Assembly: GCA_001817115.1 (NCBI GenBank) | Contig: MHHS01000050.1 | Location: 782 to 43,140, forward strand | DNA from: Candidatus Andersenbacteria bacterium RIFCSPHIGHO2_12_FULL_45_11b | Lineage (GTDB): Bacteria > Patescibacteriota > Andersenbacteria > UBA10190 | Reading direction: 5' to 3' | DNA length: 42,359 nucleotides | Part shown: positions 9,177 through 16,315 of the stretch, piece by piece | How the letters are laid out: each line of letters starts with the position of its first letter | Position numbering within the stretch: the first letter of the stretch is position 1 | Notes under the pieces: generated by a model | What the model was told of the DNA's origin: nothing | The model's input: the letters and a program-made list of their open reading frames with translations, nothing else | Databases searched by the model: none | Position numbers and translations under genes: made by a program

Positions 9177-10106
9177 ATGTTTGATAGCCACGCGCATATG
9201 ATAGATGCAGCATTTGATGCTGATCGCGAAGCGCTGATTGCGCAGTTATTCGCATCTGGCGTTACTGGCTGGATAGAAGTTGGTACGAGCGTCGAAGAAA
9301 GTAAGCGCGCAATTGCTCTGGCACAAACAGACGGTCGAATTTTTGCTTCGGTCGGCGTGCATCCGCATGAGCTGAAAAAAATGCAGGAAGAAGATTGGGT
9401 GGAAATTAAGCGGCTGCTTGAAGTCTATGAGGTGAATTCGCCGCGCTTCGCGACCCCTCACCCTAGACCGGTCGTTTGTGCTATTGGCGAAGTTGGGTTG
9501 GATTTTTCTCGCGTTGTCATCCCCGACCTGATCGGGGATCCAAGCGTCGGCGACCCAGCAAATCGGCGGGCAGGCGTGGATTCCCGCTTTCGCGGGAATG
9601 ACACAGTGACGAACGAAATTGGTTTTCAAGGGCAGATGTTACGAAAATTTATAGAGCTAGCGCAGGAAAAAAGTTTGCCCGTTATTTTTCACGTCCGTTC
9701 TGGTGTTATCGCGATGGACGCTCATGAAGAATTAATTCGCATATTAAAAACATATTCAGATTCTGATAGGCCGAGGGGCGTTATACATACATTTAGCGGC
9801 ACGCTGGCGCAGGCGCAGCAGTATATTGCGCTTGGTATGATGATTTCTTTTTCGGGCGTTGTTACTTTTAAAAATACCGGAGAATTGCCGGAAGCGGCAA
9901 AAACAATCCCGATAGAATGTATGCTCGTAGAGACAGATTGCCCCTATTTAACGCCGATGCCGCATAGAGGAGAGCGCAACGACCCGTCTTTTTTGAAGCA
10001 TATCATCCAATATATCGCTGATTTGCGAGGCGCCTCTTTTGCGGATATCGAGCGAGTTACACAAGAAAACGCAAACAATCTTTTCTGTCAACATAGTGTA
10101 CAATAA
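9177..10106 (+). CDS. tatD: TatD family metal-dependent hydrolase carrying in-frame repeat-element insertions
   Basis: FDSHAHM, AIGEVGLD, VIFHVRS, GVIHTFSG, LVETDCPYL. Start set at MFDSHAH. An extra 29 aa (VIPDLIGD...RFRGND) is encoded by the family-B repeat. Confidence 0.9.
   Translation: MFDSHAHMIDAAFDADREALIAQLFASGVTGWIEVGTSVEESKRAIALAQTDGRIFASVGVHPHELKKMQEEDWVEIKRLLEVYEVNSPRFATPHPRPVVCAIGEVGLDFSRVVIPDLIGDPSVGDPANRRAGVDSRFRGNDTVTNEIGFQGQMLRKFIELAQEKSLPVIFHVRSGVIAMDAHEELIRILKTYSDSDRPRGVIHTFSGTLAQAQQYIALGMMISFSGVVTFKNTGELPEAAKTIPIECMLVETDCPYLTPMPHRGERNDPSFLKHIIQYIADLRGASFADIERVTQENANNLFCQHSVQ
9444..9469 (+). repeat. possible family-A middle-segment fragment inside tatD
   Basis: GCGCTTCGCGACCCCTCACCCTAGACC resembles R1 GCGCTTAACCTGCCCCCACCCTAACC and R7 ACGCTTCTAACCAGCCCTCACCCC. 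It encodes PRFATPHPRP. Confidence 0.35.
9516..9602. repeat. family-B hairpin-pair element (GTCAT...ATGAC), 87 bp, in frame inside tatD (B1)
   Basis: GTC ATCCCCGA-cctg-ATCGGGGAT ... GTGG ATTCCCGC-tttc-GCGGGAAT GAC. Starts on a codon boundary and spans exactly 29 codons. Confidence 0.85.
10099..10104 (+). promoter_or_regulatory. -10-like TACAAT (preceded by TG), 6 nt upstream of the giant-protein ATG
   Basis: Motif and spacing read directly. Overlaps the tatD stop codon. Confidence 0.45.
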
Positions 10107-10110
10107 AGCA

Positions 10111-13100
10111 ATGCTAGGGCTTCGTGGCAATACGTTGTTTGTGTGTATTTTTTTATGCCTTATGGGAAGCAGATTCAAGCAATTTGCATATCTTTCCGTC
10201 GTAATTCTTGTTGCAGGCTTTTTCTTATTTCCAAATTCAGCAGATGCTGCTATTGCAAGAGTCCAACAAACATCAGGTTCTGCAACTACTAATCCTGTAT
10301 CAGCCACTTGGACTAGTAGCACTACTTCGGGAAATTTGTTAGTTGCTCAGATTGTTACAGCTAGTGATCCGGGCCTTATCACTCCTCCTGCTGGCGGATG
10401 GACTTTAATAGATACCATTATTAATGCAAATTATACTAAGCTTTACTATATACAAAATGCGGCGGCTCAAAGCGGTTCGCAATCTTGGGCTATCACAGGA
10501 GATACTTCGGCTACGCAATTAATTATGGCAGAGTATAGTGGAGTAGCTACTTCTGGTGCCTTAGATCAGTATTCTACTGTTACTGGTGTTGATACTACTC
10601 TAACTACACCTACCGTTAATACTACTACTGCTGATCAACTACTAATAGGTGTTTTTGGAAACGGATCTACCTCTGAAAGTTTTTCAAGCCCAACTAATAG
10701 TTTTAGTATTTATGCGCAAGGAACAGTTGGATTAGCCCCAGCTTCAAGCGGTGCTTTTGTGGATAGGATTGTTTCATCGACAGGCAGTTATTCAGCCGGG
10801 GTAACAGGGACTGGAGGTAGTGCATGGGGATCAATAATTGCTACATTTAAGGCAGCGTCATCTACCTCCTCCATCTCCGGCACCGTCTACACCGATGAGG
10901 GTACTACCAACATCGGTGCCAACAAAACAGTAGCCGTTTCCATCAACGGAGCAGCTGCAGCCGGCACCGACGATACTGATTCCAGCGGAGCATATAGTAT
11001 CACAGGTCTCACGGTGTCTGCCGGAGATGTTCTCACTCTCTATATAGATGGTGAAACCGAGAAAGGAGTCACCGTAACTAAAGGATCAGGAAGCAACCTC
11101 ACCGGAATTAATATTTTCCAAAACTATTTAATTACTAGATGCGATAACTCATGTTCTCTTACTAACACTAATCTGGATACAGCAGACGGTAATGGAGATG
11201 CTGATATTTCTTCTATATATTCAGTCAGCGGAGGAGCCACAACCACGGCTTCGGGAAAATCTCTATACATTCCAGCTTCTAACACCTATGCTCCAGGAGG
11301 TAATGTCACTGTGGCAGGTACTTTCACTAATGCAGGAACTTATACTACAGGAACTGAAACGCTGAGCCTTACCGGAACCAGTTCCTACAATTTCACGCCA
11401 GGTTCTACTATATACAATGTGACCATCAATGGCTCTGGAGGTACGTATACATTGCAGGGAAATTTGACCACTTCTAACAACTTAACAATCACAGCAGGAA
11501 CGTTGGATGTTAGCGGCAGCAACTACAGCATATCCGCAGGAGGCAATTGGTCTAATGCGGGGACGTTTACGAAGCGTTCGGGGACAGTCACGCTTACGAG
11601 CACATCTGGCAGTGCAACACTTACTTCGGGAGGAAGCAGCTTTTATAATCTCACGCAGAACGGATCTGGCGGAACGTACACCCTGCAAGATGCATTAACG
11701 GTTTCTAACAATCTTACGATTACTGCAGGAACGCTAGATGCAGGAGCAAGTAATTATGCAATTACTATTGGAGGTGGGCTTACTAATTCAGGTACTCTGA
11801 CTACTCAATCGAACACGGTAACCCTTAATGGCACTAATCAAAGCATTACCGGTTCCAGCACGTTCTACAATCTTACAAAAACGGTATCGTCTGCTGCAAC
11901 ATTAACGATTAATGCGAGCTCTACACAAACGGTGACTGGAACTCTTACGTTAGGGGGCGCTCTTGGGCAGCTGCTCACTCTTGTATCGTCTAGTCCGGCA
12001 ACGCAATGGATTATTAATCCATCGGGAACTCGAACTGTTTCTTATCTGGATGTGCGAGATTCTAACAACGCAAATGCAACGGCAATTGATTGTACGACGG
12101 GGTGTACGAATTCCGGCAACAACACGAATTGGAATTTCGGTTCATCTGATACCACGGCGCCTACTGTTTCTAGTTTGAGCCCATCCAACACTGCAACTGG
12201 GGTATCTCCTTCTTCTGATTTTGTTATTACATTCAGCGAAAGCGTGAGTGCGGTATCTGGAAAAAATATTACGATCAAGAAATTTTCTGATGACTCGACA
12301 TTAGAAACAATTGCGGCGGATAACTCTAAAGTTACTATTAGCGAGAACGTAGTTACTATCAAACCTTCTCCTGACGGGGGATTCCAAGACCTCACCTTGT
12401 ACTATATCGTTATCGACAGCGGTGCCTTTATTGACGCAGCAAGTAATGCGTATGCGGGGATTGGTTCTAGCGAACATTGGAGTTTTACAATAGCAGATAC
12501 AACTACTCCAACTGTTTTAAATGTCAGGCCTCTTAATAATGCAACTGGAGTGGCGAGAACGGCAAATCTAGTTATTACATTCAATGAGACTGTACAGCGT
12601 GTTTCCGGGAAAAAAATCAACATCAAAAGAGTTTCTGATAATAAGTTGTTCGAAGCTATTACCGTACAAAGCGGAAAGGTAACGGGAAGCGGAACATCTA
12701 TAATCGTGGTTAACCCTGCCAAGACGTTCGATGCTGGCACGGGTTATTACGTATTAATTGATTCGGGCGCATTTACTGACACTTCAGGCAATGCATATGC
12801 CGGTGTATCCAGTTCATTGGTATGGAGTTTTACTACGCAAGGAACTGCTTCTAATCCAACCCCCACGCCTACTCCCGTCATTGTTATTTTGCCGCTTCCT
12901 ACTCCTACACCCGACATTACTCCAGTACCGACACCAGATCCGACTAATCCAGACATATCGCCGACTCCAGTTATTACTCCTTGCTTCAGCTGGGATATCC
13001 TTTGCACAACCCCAACACCGGAAGCGAGTCCTGAACCTAGCATAGTACCTGAACCTAGTGTTATTGAAACTCCGAGCGAGCCTCCCATCGAATTGCCGCC

Positions 13101-14316
13101 GATTATAGTTATTATTATAGATATAGTGAAAGATGTTGTTGATACCGTTGTAGAAGTTGTTGAAAAAGTAGTTGCAATTGTGAAGAAAGCAATTGTTATT
13201 GTAAAAGAAATTGTGAAATCGCCTGCCACGGGTATTCCAAAGGCGAGAGAAGCGCTGAAGCCAGTCGTTCATTCGCCAGCAGTAAAAGCAACGGCTGCGG
13301 CAGCTACGGCTATTGCAGTTGTTGGCGTTGCTGCATCTAGTGCTAGCGTTGTGGCATCCAGTGCCAGTATCGCAAGCACCACAACAAGCATGTCCTCGTT
13401 GCTAAATGAAGTTTCTCAGCTATTGTCGAAAATGTGGGAAGGGGTATTGAGTTTTCTTGGGTTCCGTCGAAAAAAACGTCCATGGGGCAGAGTGGTTGAT
13501 GCGGAGAGCGGAGATCCTGTTGCAGGGGTTTATATTCAAGTATACGACCATCAGTCAAACCAACTGAAGGGCACTATGGTTTCAAACGATAGAGGATCTT
13601 TCTCCTCACTTGTTCCGCCTGGGTCGTATGAATTTCGAGCACAGAAACAAGGTTGGGCGCTTGCGCCTCAAGCGCCCTATCTTCGCCTTGTGGCAGGAGA
13701 GCGCGTATATGACGGCAAACCTGTCACGGTGACAGAAGGGAAGCTTTTGCCGCTTGTACTGGCAATGCGCTTAGTTGAGTCGGTGCCACTGACCACGCAT
13801 GTTATTTGGCGAAGAACGTTGCAATCAGTGCTGTTATTTATTATGCGGCTCTCCTGGCTTGCGCTCATTATCGGTACTGTTTTAAGTTCTGCTGCGCTGT
13901 TTGTATCCCCAACGATTATTAATATGCTCATTGAGGCTCTGTATGTGTTGCTTATTATTTGGAAGATAATACTCCATTTCATTATCGGGTCTGCAGTGGG
14001 ATATGTGCGGGATGCTGCAACAAACAAGCCGATTGATTTGGCATTGATACGCGTGCACGATGCTTTAACTGGGCGACTGGTTGAAACTCGTACGACAGGG
14101 CGTGATGGGAAATTCTTGTTATTACCACCAGCTGGTGTGTATACGTTAACGGTTGTTCATGCGGGGTATGAGCCATACAGAGAAAGTCATGTGGTGGTAG
14201 ACAGGAAGAAAGAGTCTCTGGCGTTGTCGTTTTCGCTAAAGGCATCTGCTGCAGAAGATGACAGCCGGGTATCGGGAAAATTTACCCTTCCTGGTCGAAA
14301 AAACAAAACAAAGTAA
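10111..14316 (+). CDS. giant adhesin-like membrane protein: beta-helix-like repeats, two Ig-like domains, P/T linker, TM segments, two CarboxypepD_reg-like domains
   Basis: Signal/TM segment VVILVAGFFLFPNSADA. Three repeats of about 60 aa (NNLTITAGTLD...NY.I..GG). Two paralogous domains of about 110 aa (DTT.PTV...ATGV...ITF.E.V...SGK.I.IK). PTPTP linker and hydrophobic segments. Two G.V.D...G.P...A.I.V.D modules. Confidence 0.85.
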   Translation: MLGLRGNTLFVCIFLCLMGSRFKQFAYLSVVILVAGFFLFPNSADAAIARVQQTSGSATTNPVSATWTSSTTSGNLLVAQIVTASDPGLITPPAGGWTLIDTIINANYTKLYYIQNAAAQSGSQSWAITGDTSATQLIMAEYSGVATSGALDQYSTVTGVDTTLTTPTVNTTTADQLLIGVFGNGSTSESFSSPTNSFSIYAQGTVGLAPASSGAFVDRIVSSTGSYSAGVTGTGGSAWGSIIATFKAASSTSSISGTVYTDEGTTNIGANKTVAVSINGAAAAGTDDTDSSGAYSITGLTVSAGDVLTLYIDGETEKGVTVTKGSGSNLTGINIFQNYLITRCDNSCSLTNTNLDTADGNGDADISSIYSVSGGATTTASGKSLYIPASNTYAPGGNVTVAGTFTNAGTYTTGTETLSLTGTSSYNFTPGSTIYNVTINGSGGTYTLQGNLTTSNNLTITAGTLDVSGSNYSISAGGNWSNAGTFTKRSGTVTLTSTSGSATLTSGGSSFYNLTQNGSGGTYTLQDALTVSNNLTITAGTLDAGASNYAITIGGGLTNSGTLTTQSNTVTLNGTNQSITGSSTFYNLTKTVSSAATLTINASSTQTVTGTLTLGGALGQLLTLVSSSPATQWIINPSGTRTVSYLDVRDSNNANATAIDCTTGCTNSGNNTNWNFGSSDTTAPTVSSLSPSNTATGVSPSSDFVITFSESVSAVSGKNITIKKFSDDSTLETIAADNSKVTISENVVTIKPSPDGGFQDLTLYYIVIDSGAFIDAASNAYAGIGSSEHWSFTIADTTTPTVLNVRPLNNATGVARTANLVITFNETVQRVSGKKINIKRVSDNKLFEAITVQSGKVTGSGTSIIVVNPAKTFDAGTGYYVLIDSGAFTDTSGNAYAGVSSSLVWSFTTQGTASNPTPTPTPVIVILPLPTPTPDITPVPTPDPTNPDISPTPVITPCFSWDILCTTPTPEASPEPSIVPEPSVIETPSEPPIELPPIIVIIIDIVKDVVDTVVEVVEKVVAIVKKAIVIVKEIVKSPATGIPKAREALKPVVHSPAVKATAAAATAIAVVGVAASSASVVASSASIASTTTSMSSLLNEVSQLLSKMWEGVLSFLGFRRKKRPWGRVVDAESGDPVAGVYIQVYDHQSNQLKGTMVSNDRGSFSSLVPPGSYEFRAQKQGWALAPQAPYLRLVAGERVYDGKPVTVTEGKLLPLVLAMRLVESVPLTTHVIWRRTLQSVLLFIMRLSWLALIIGTVLSSAALFVSPTIINMLIEALYVLLIIWKIILHFIIGSAVGYVRDAATNKPIDLALIRVHDALTGRLVETRTTGRDGKFLLLPPAGVYTLTVVHAGYEPYRESHVVVDRKKESLALSFSLKASAAEDDSRVSGKFTLPGRKNKTK

Positions 14317-14371
14317 TGAAGAATTAAGTTGAAAAAATAAAGCTTAATAGAGATTATTTATTTGGATATAT

Positions 14372-14399
14372 TTGACAAGCGCTCAAGTAAGACTACAAT
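14372..14399 (+). promoter_or_regulatory. near-consensus sigma-70 promoter (TTGACA, 16 nt spacer, TACAAT)
   Basis: TTGACA at 14372-14377 and TACAAT at 14394-14399. The upstream tract is AT-rich. Confidence 0.6.
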
Positions 14400-14405
14400 T
14401 TGTCA

Positions 14406-14710
14406 TAGTTCGTTGACAGATTGGGAGAGTACATTGGGGTTTACGGAACAGGGTGTTCCGTTGGCAGTTTGTTGGTTTCAGATCAAGGACTTGATCATGA
14501 GGTTGCAGGAGATGGAGAGACAGTTGCGGGCAACACGAACGACGGATTTTCAGGAACCCGAGACGAAGCAGCAGAGGTTTGAAAAAACTATTCTGTTGGT
14601 CCCCAGATTCCCAACGGAAGACAGGAGGGTGAAGCGTATTCCCTAATTTCCAGTCATTTCGGCGACAGTAGCCGTGGTAGATACTTTTATCTGCCGCGGC
14701 TTATTTTTTT
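14406..14710 (+). ncRNA. candidate about 305-nt structured RNA of unknown class (alternatively an mRNA for a 49-aa peptide, 14497-14646)
   Basis: Bounded by the promoter above and a strong terminator. Internal hairpins: ACGGAAC/GTTCCGT, GATCAAG/CTTGATC, GTTGG/CCAAC. The 94-aa track ORF starts at TTG upstream of the -35 box. Confidence 0.4.
14670..14710 (+). terminator. Rho-independent terminator
   Basis: 13-bp stem 14670-14682/14689-14701 with two U-G wobbles that pair only in + strand RNA. Followed by TATTTTTTT. Confidence 0.8.
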
Positions 14711-14721
14711 GGTAAGTATTT

Positions 14722-14773
14722 CCCTCTCCCAAATATGGGAGAGGGAGGGGGGGGAACTTGCGTATTCGCTTAA
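14722..14773 (+). repeat. family-A element, left half only (R3)
   Basis: CCCTCTCCC-aaatat-GGGAGAGGG followed by AGGGGGGGGAACTTGCGTATTCGCTTAA. Confidence 0.7.
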
Positions 14774-14799
14774 ATAATAGCTATTACGAACCAGGCGAT

Positions 14800-14865
14800 G
14801 AGGGCTTTGAAAAAGAGGTAAAATGCAGAGTCGAGGCTGCTCGGAAGGTTATATACGGGGGATGA
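14800..14865 (+). repeat. 66-bp imperfect direct repeat, copy 1 (left flank of the protease islet)
   Basis: gagggctttgaaaaagaggtaaaatgcagagtcgaggctgctcggaaggt... The first 50 nt match copy 2 at 43/50 positions in my hand alignment. Confidence 0.75.
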
Positions 14866-14884
14866 ACTTTTATTGTTTTTGCGG

Positions 14885-14890
14885 TATACT
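14885..14890 (+). promoter_or_regulatory. -10-like TATACT, 6 nt upstream of ATG 14897
   Basis: Context reads TTTTGCGGTATACTTGCAATATG. Confidence 0.45.
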
Positions 14891-14896
14891 TGCAAT

Positions 14897-15115
14897 ATGA
14901 GTGTGAATCAAACAGTGAAAGAAATCCCCATTGTGCCACTCGAGTTTGCGGGGCAGTGGATTGCATGGAATGAGGATCATAGCAAGATTATTGCAAGTGC
15001 AAAGCATCTTCCTGAGGCGCACCAGAAAGCCCTTAAGACAGGAGAGAAACATTTTTGGATGAGCAAGGTTCCATCCAGTAAGGACTTTTTTGGAGGAGCT
15101 GCTATTCATTCATGA
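14897..15115 (+). CDS. small DUF5678-like protein (module 1 partner)
   Basis: 72 aa. FAGQWIAWNEDHSKIIASAKHLPEAHQKALKTG matches my memory of DUF5678-type proteins. TATACT lies 6 nt upstream of the ATG. ATGA overlap with the next ORF. Confidence 0.6.
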   Translation: MSVNQTVKEIPIVPLEFAGQWIAWNEDHSKIIASAKHLPEAHQKALKTGEKHFWMSKVPSSKDFFGGAAIHS

Positions 15116-15579
15116 AGTTTTCCTACTCCCCTTTTTCTCGGGAGCATATTGTTGGTGCCCGAGAGGGTATTATTTATAAGCCAACCTTGCCCATTATAGT
15201 GCATGGTCCGACAGGTACATTTGGCCTGGATGCTTTGGCTGATACTGGCTCTGACCAGATACTGTTTCCGAGATATGTTGCTTCTCTAGTTGGTGTATCT
15301 CTCGGGCAGCAAAATAGCGCTCATGTGAGTGGCGTTGGAGAAAAAAGGATGCCGATATTTTTCGTAGATGGTATTGAGCTTTCGTTACAATCGGATGGTC
15401 AGGCGTATCGCTGGCCAGCTCGTGTATGGTTTAGTGATTCTGACGAAATGCCAGCTTTGCTTGGGCACATAGACTTTTTGCAATTTTTTACATCAACATT
15501 TGACGGAAAAACTCACGAACTTGCACTTGAACCTAATAAGGAGTTTCCCGGTAAATTAACTGATCTCTGGAAACGATAA
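15112..15579 (+). CDS. retropepsin-like (clan AA) aspartic protease
   Basis: 155 aa with catalytic-type ALADTGSDQILFP and a downstream LLGHIDFL motif. Start overlaps the upstream stop (ATGA). Confidence 0.7.
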   Translation: MKFSYSPFSREHIVGAREGIIYKPTLPIIVHGPTGTFGLDALADTGSDQILFPRYVASLVGVSLGQQNSAHVSGVGEKRMPIFFVDGIELSLQSDGQAYRWPARVWFSDSDEMPALLGHIDFLQFFTSTFDGKTHELALEPNKEFPGKLTDLWKR

Positions 15580-15600
15580 TTCAAACCCGAAGGGTTTGAA
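15580..15600 (+). terminator. hairpin immediately after the protease stop codon (terminator-like, no clear T-run)
   Basis: TTCAAACCC / GGGTTTGAA 9-bp stem with a 3-nt loop. Confidence 0.4.
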
Positions 15601-15708
15601 TATGCTTTATAATGGGGAGATACGGCGTATGGAGGCAATGTCAAAGAGTATCCTTGGAATGATATATACGGAAAGTAATACATAGTGGCATTATTCTTTT
15701 TGTGACGG

Positions 15709-15714
15709 TATTAT
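15709..15714 (+). promoter_or_regulatory. -10-like TATTAT, 6 nt upstream of ATG 15721
   Basis: Motif and spacing read directly. No SD. Confidence 0.4.
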
Positions 15715-15720
15715 AAAGAT

Positions 15721-15972
15721 ATGAGTGTGGGTATTGAAGAAATTGCAAAAAAGGGGGAACGTATTTACGTTAAAAAAGAAAAAACGTTGTCTGCGGCTCA
15801 CAAAGGGGAATATATGGCAATTCAAGTGGATACTGGAGACTATTTTTTAGGAGAAACTGGGGGTATCGCAATTGAAAAAGCAAAAAAGAGATATCCAGAA
15901 GATGTTTTCTATCTTGTAAAAATAGGATTTTCTGCAACACAGACGCTCGCAAGTATGTCGCGCACACGATGA
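15721..15972 (+). CDS. small DUF5678-like protein (module 2 partner)
   Basis: 83 aa. HKGEYMAIQVDTGDYFLGETGGIAIEKAKKRYPEDVFYLVKIG parallels the module-1 partner. TATTAT lies 6 nt upstream of the ATG. Confidence 0.6.
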   Translation: MSVGIEEIAKKGERIYVKKEKTLSAAHKGEYMAIQVDTGDYFLGETGGIAIEKAKKRYPEDVFYLVKIGFSATQTLASMSRTR

Positions 15973-16235
15973 TTGGAAAAGTTATTGATGATCGACCATA
16001 TGGTAAAGTTCTTATTGGGTTAATAACGACGCACACGGAGAAAATTCGATTTGGGGATGGGTCGTTGCAATATATTCCAGCATCTTTTGTGTATTGTGAT
16101 ATGGATGGCATGATTGCCTCGTTACAAGTTTTAATTTTAGATGGAGAGCCATATGCGGGTATCGGTTTTTTGAAAAATCTTTCGTTTGGTATGGATTTTA
16201 ATCCATCGAAAAAGACGCTTTTTCTGAAGCGATAA
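15969..16235 (+). CDS. degenerate retropepsin-like protein lacking the D-T/S-G motif
   Basis: 88 aa with an ATGA overlap to the upstream ORF. RFGDGSLQYIP sits where DTGS would be. The C-terminal GIGFLKNLSFGMDF..KKTLFL parallels LLGHIDFLQFFTSTFDGKTHELAL of the 155-aa protein. Confidence 0.5.
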   Translation: MIGKVIDDRPYGKVLIGLITTHTEKIRFGDGSLQYIPASFVYCDMDGMIASLQVLILDGEPYAGIGFLKNLSFGMDFNPSKKTLFLKR

Positions 16236-16249
16236 GTTGCTTCCTTGCC

Positions 16250-16315
16250 GAAGGCTTTGAAAAAGAAGTAAAGCGCAGAATCGATGCTGCGCGGAAGGTA
16301 CTGCGGGGAGAATGA
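16250..16315 (+). repeat. 66-bp imperfect direct repeat, copy 2 (right flank of the protease islet)
   Basis: gaaggctttgaaaaagaagtaaagcgcagaatcgatgctgcgcggaaggt... Both copies end in ...cgggg..atga. Confidence 0.75.

Noticed and set aside
12747-13272. 160-aa and 152-aa minus-strand ORFs
   Set aside because: They are antisense to the P/T-linker and I/V-rich region of the giant protein gene. Low-complexity mirror frames.
14549-14576. SRP-RNA-like string UCAGGAACCCGAGACGAAGCAGCA (compare UCAGGUCCGGAAGGAAGCAGCA of helix 8)
   Set aside because: The segment between AGG and AGCA cannot form the short GNRA-capped stem required, and no matching 3' strand of helix 8 is present. The resemblance is judged coincidental pending a cmscan run.
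14362-14646. 94-aa ORF from the track
   Set aside because: It starts with TTG upstream of the -35 box of the only good promoter, with no SD and no recognisable family. The region is treated as an ncRNA or 49-aa peptide candidate instead.
16206-16315. Programmed -1 frameshift extending islet ORF D into the 66-bp repeat frame (…EGFEKEVKRRIDAARKVLRGE)
   Set aside because: The candidate slippery site is G-AAA-AAG rather than the canonical A-AAA-AAG. No obvious stimulatory structure follows. The zero-frame ending KKTLFLKR matches the expected end of the retropepsin fold. Copy 1 of the repeat has no upstream ORF at all.
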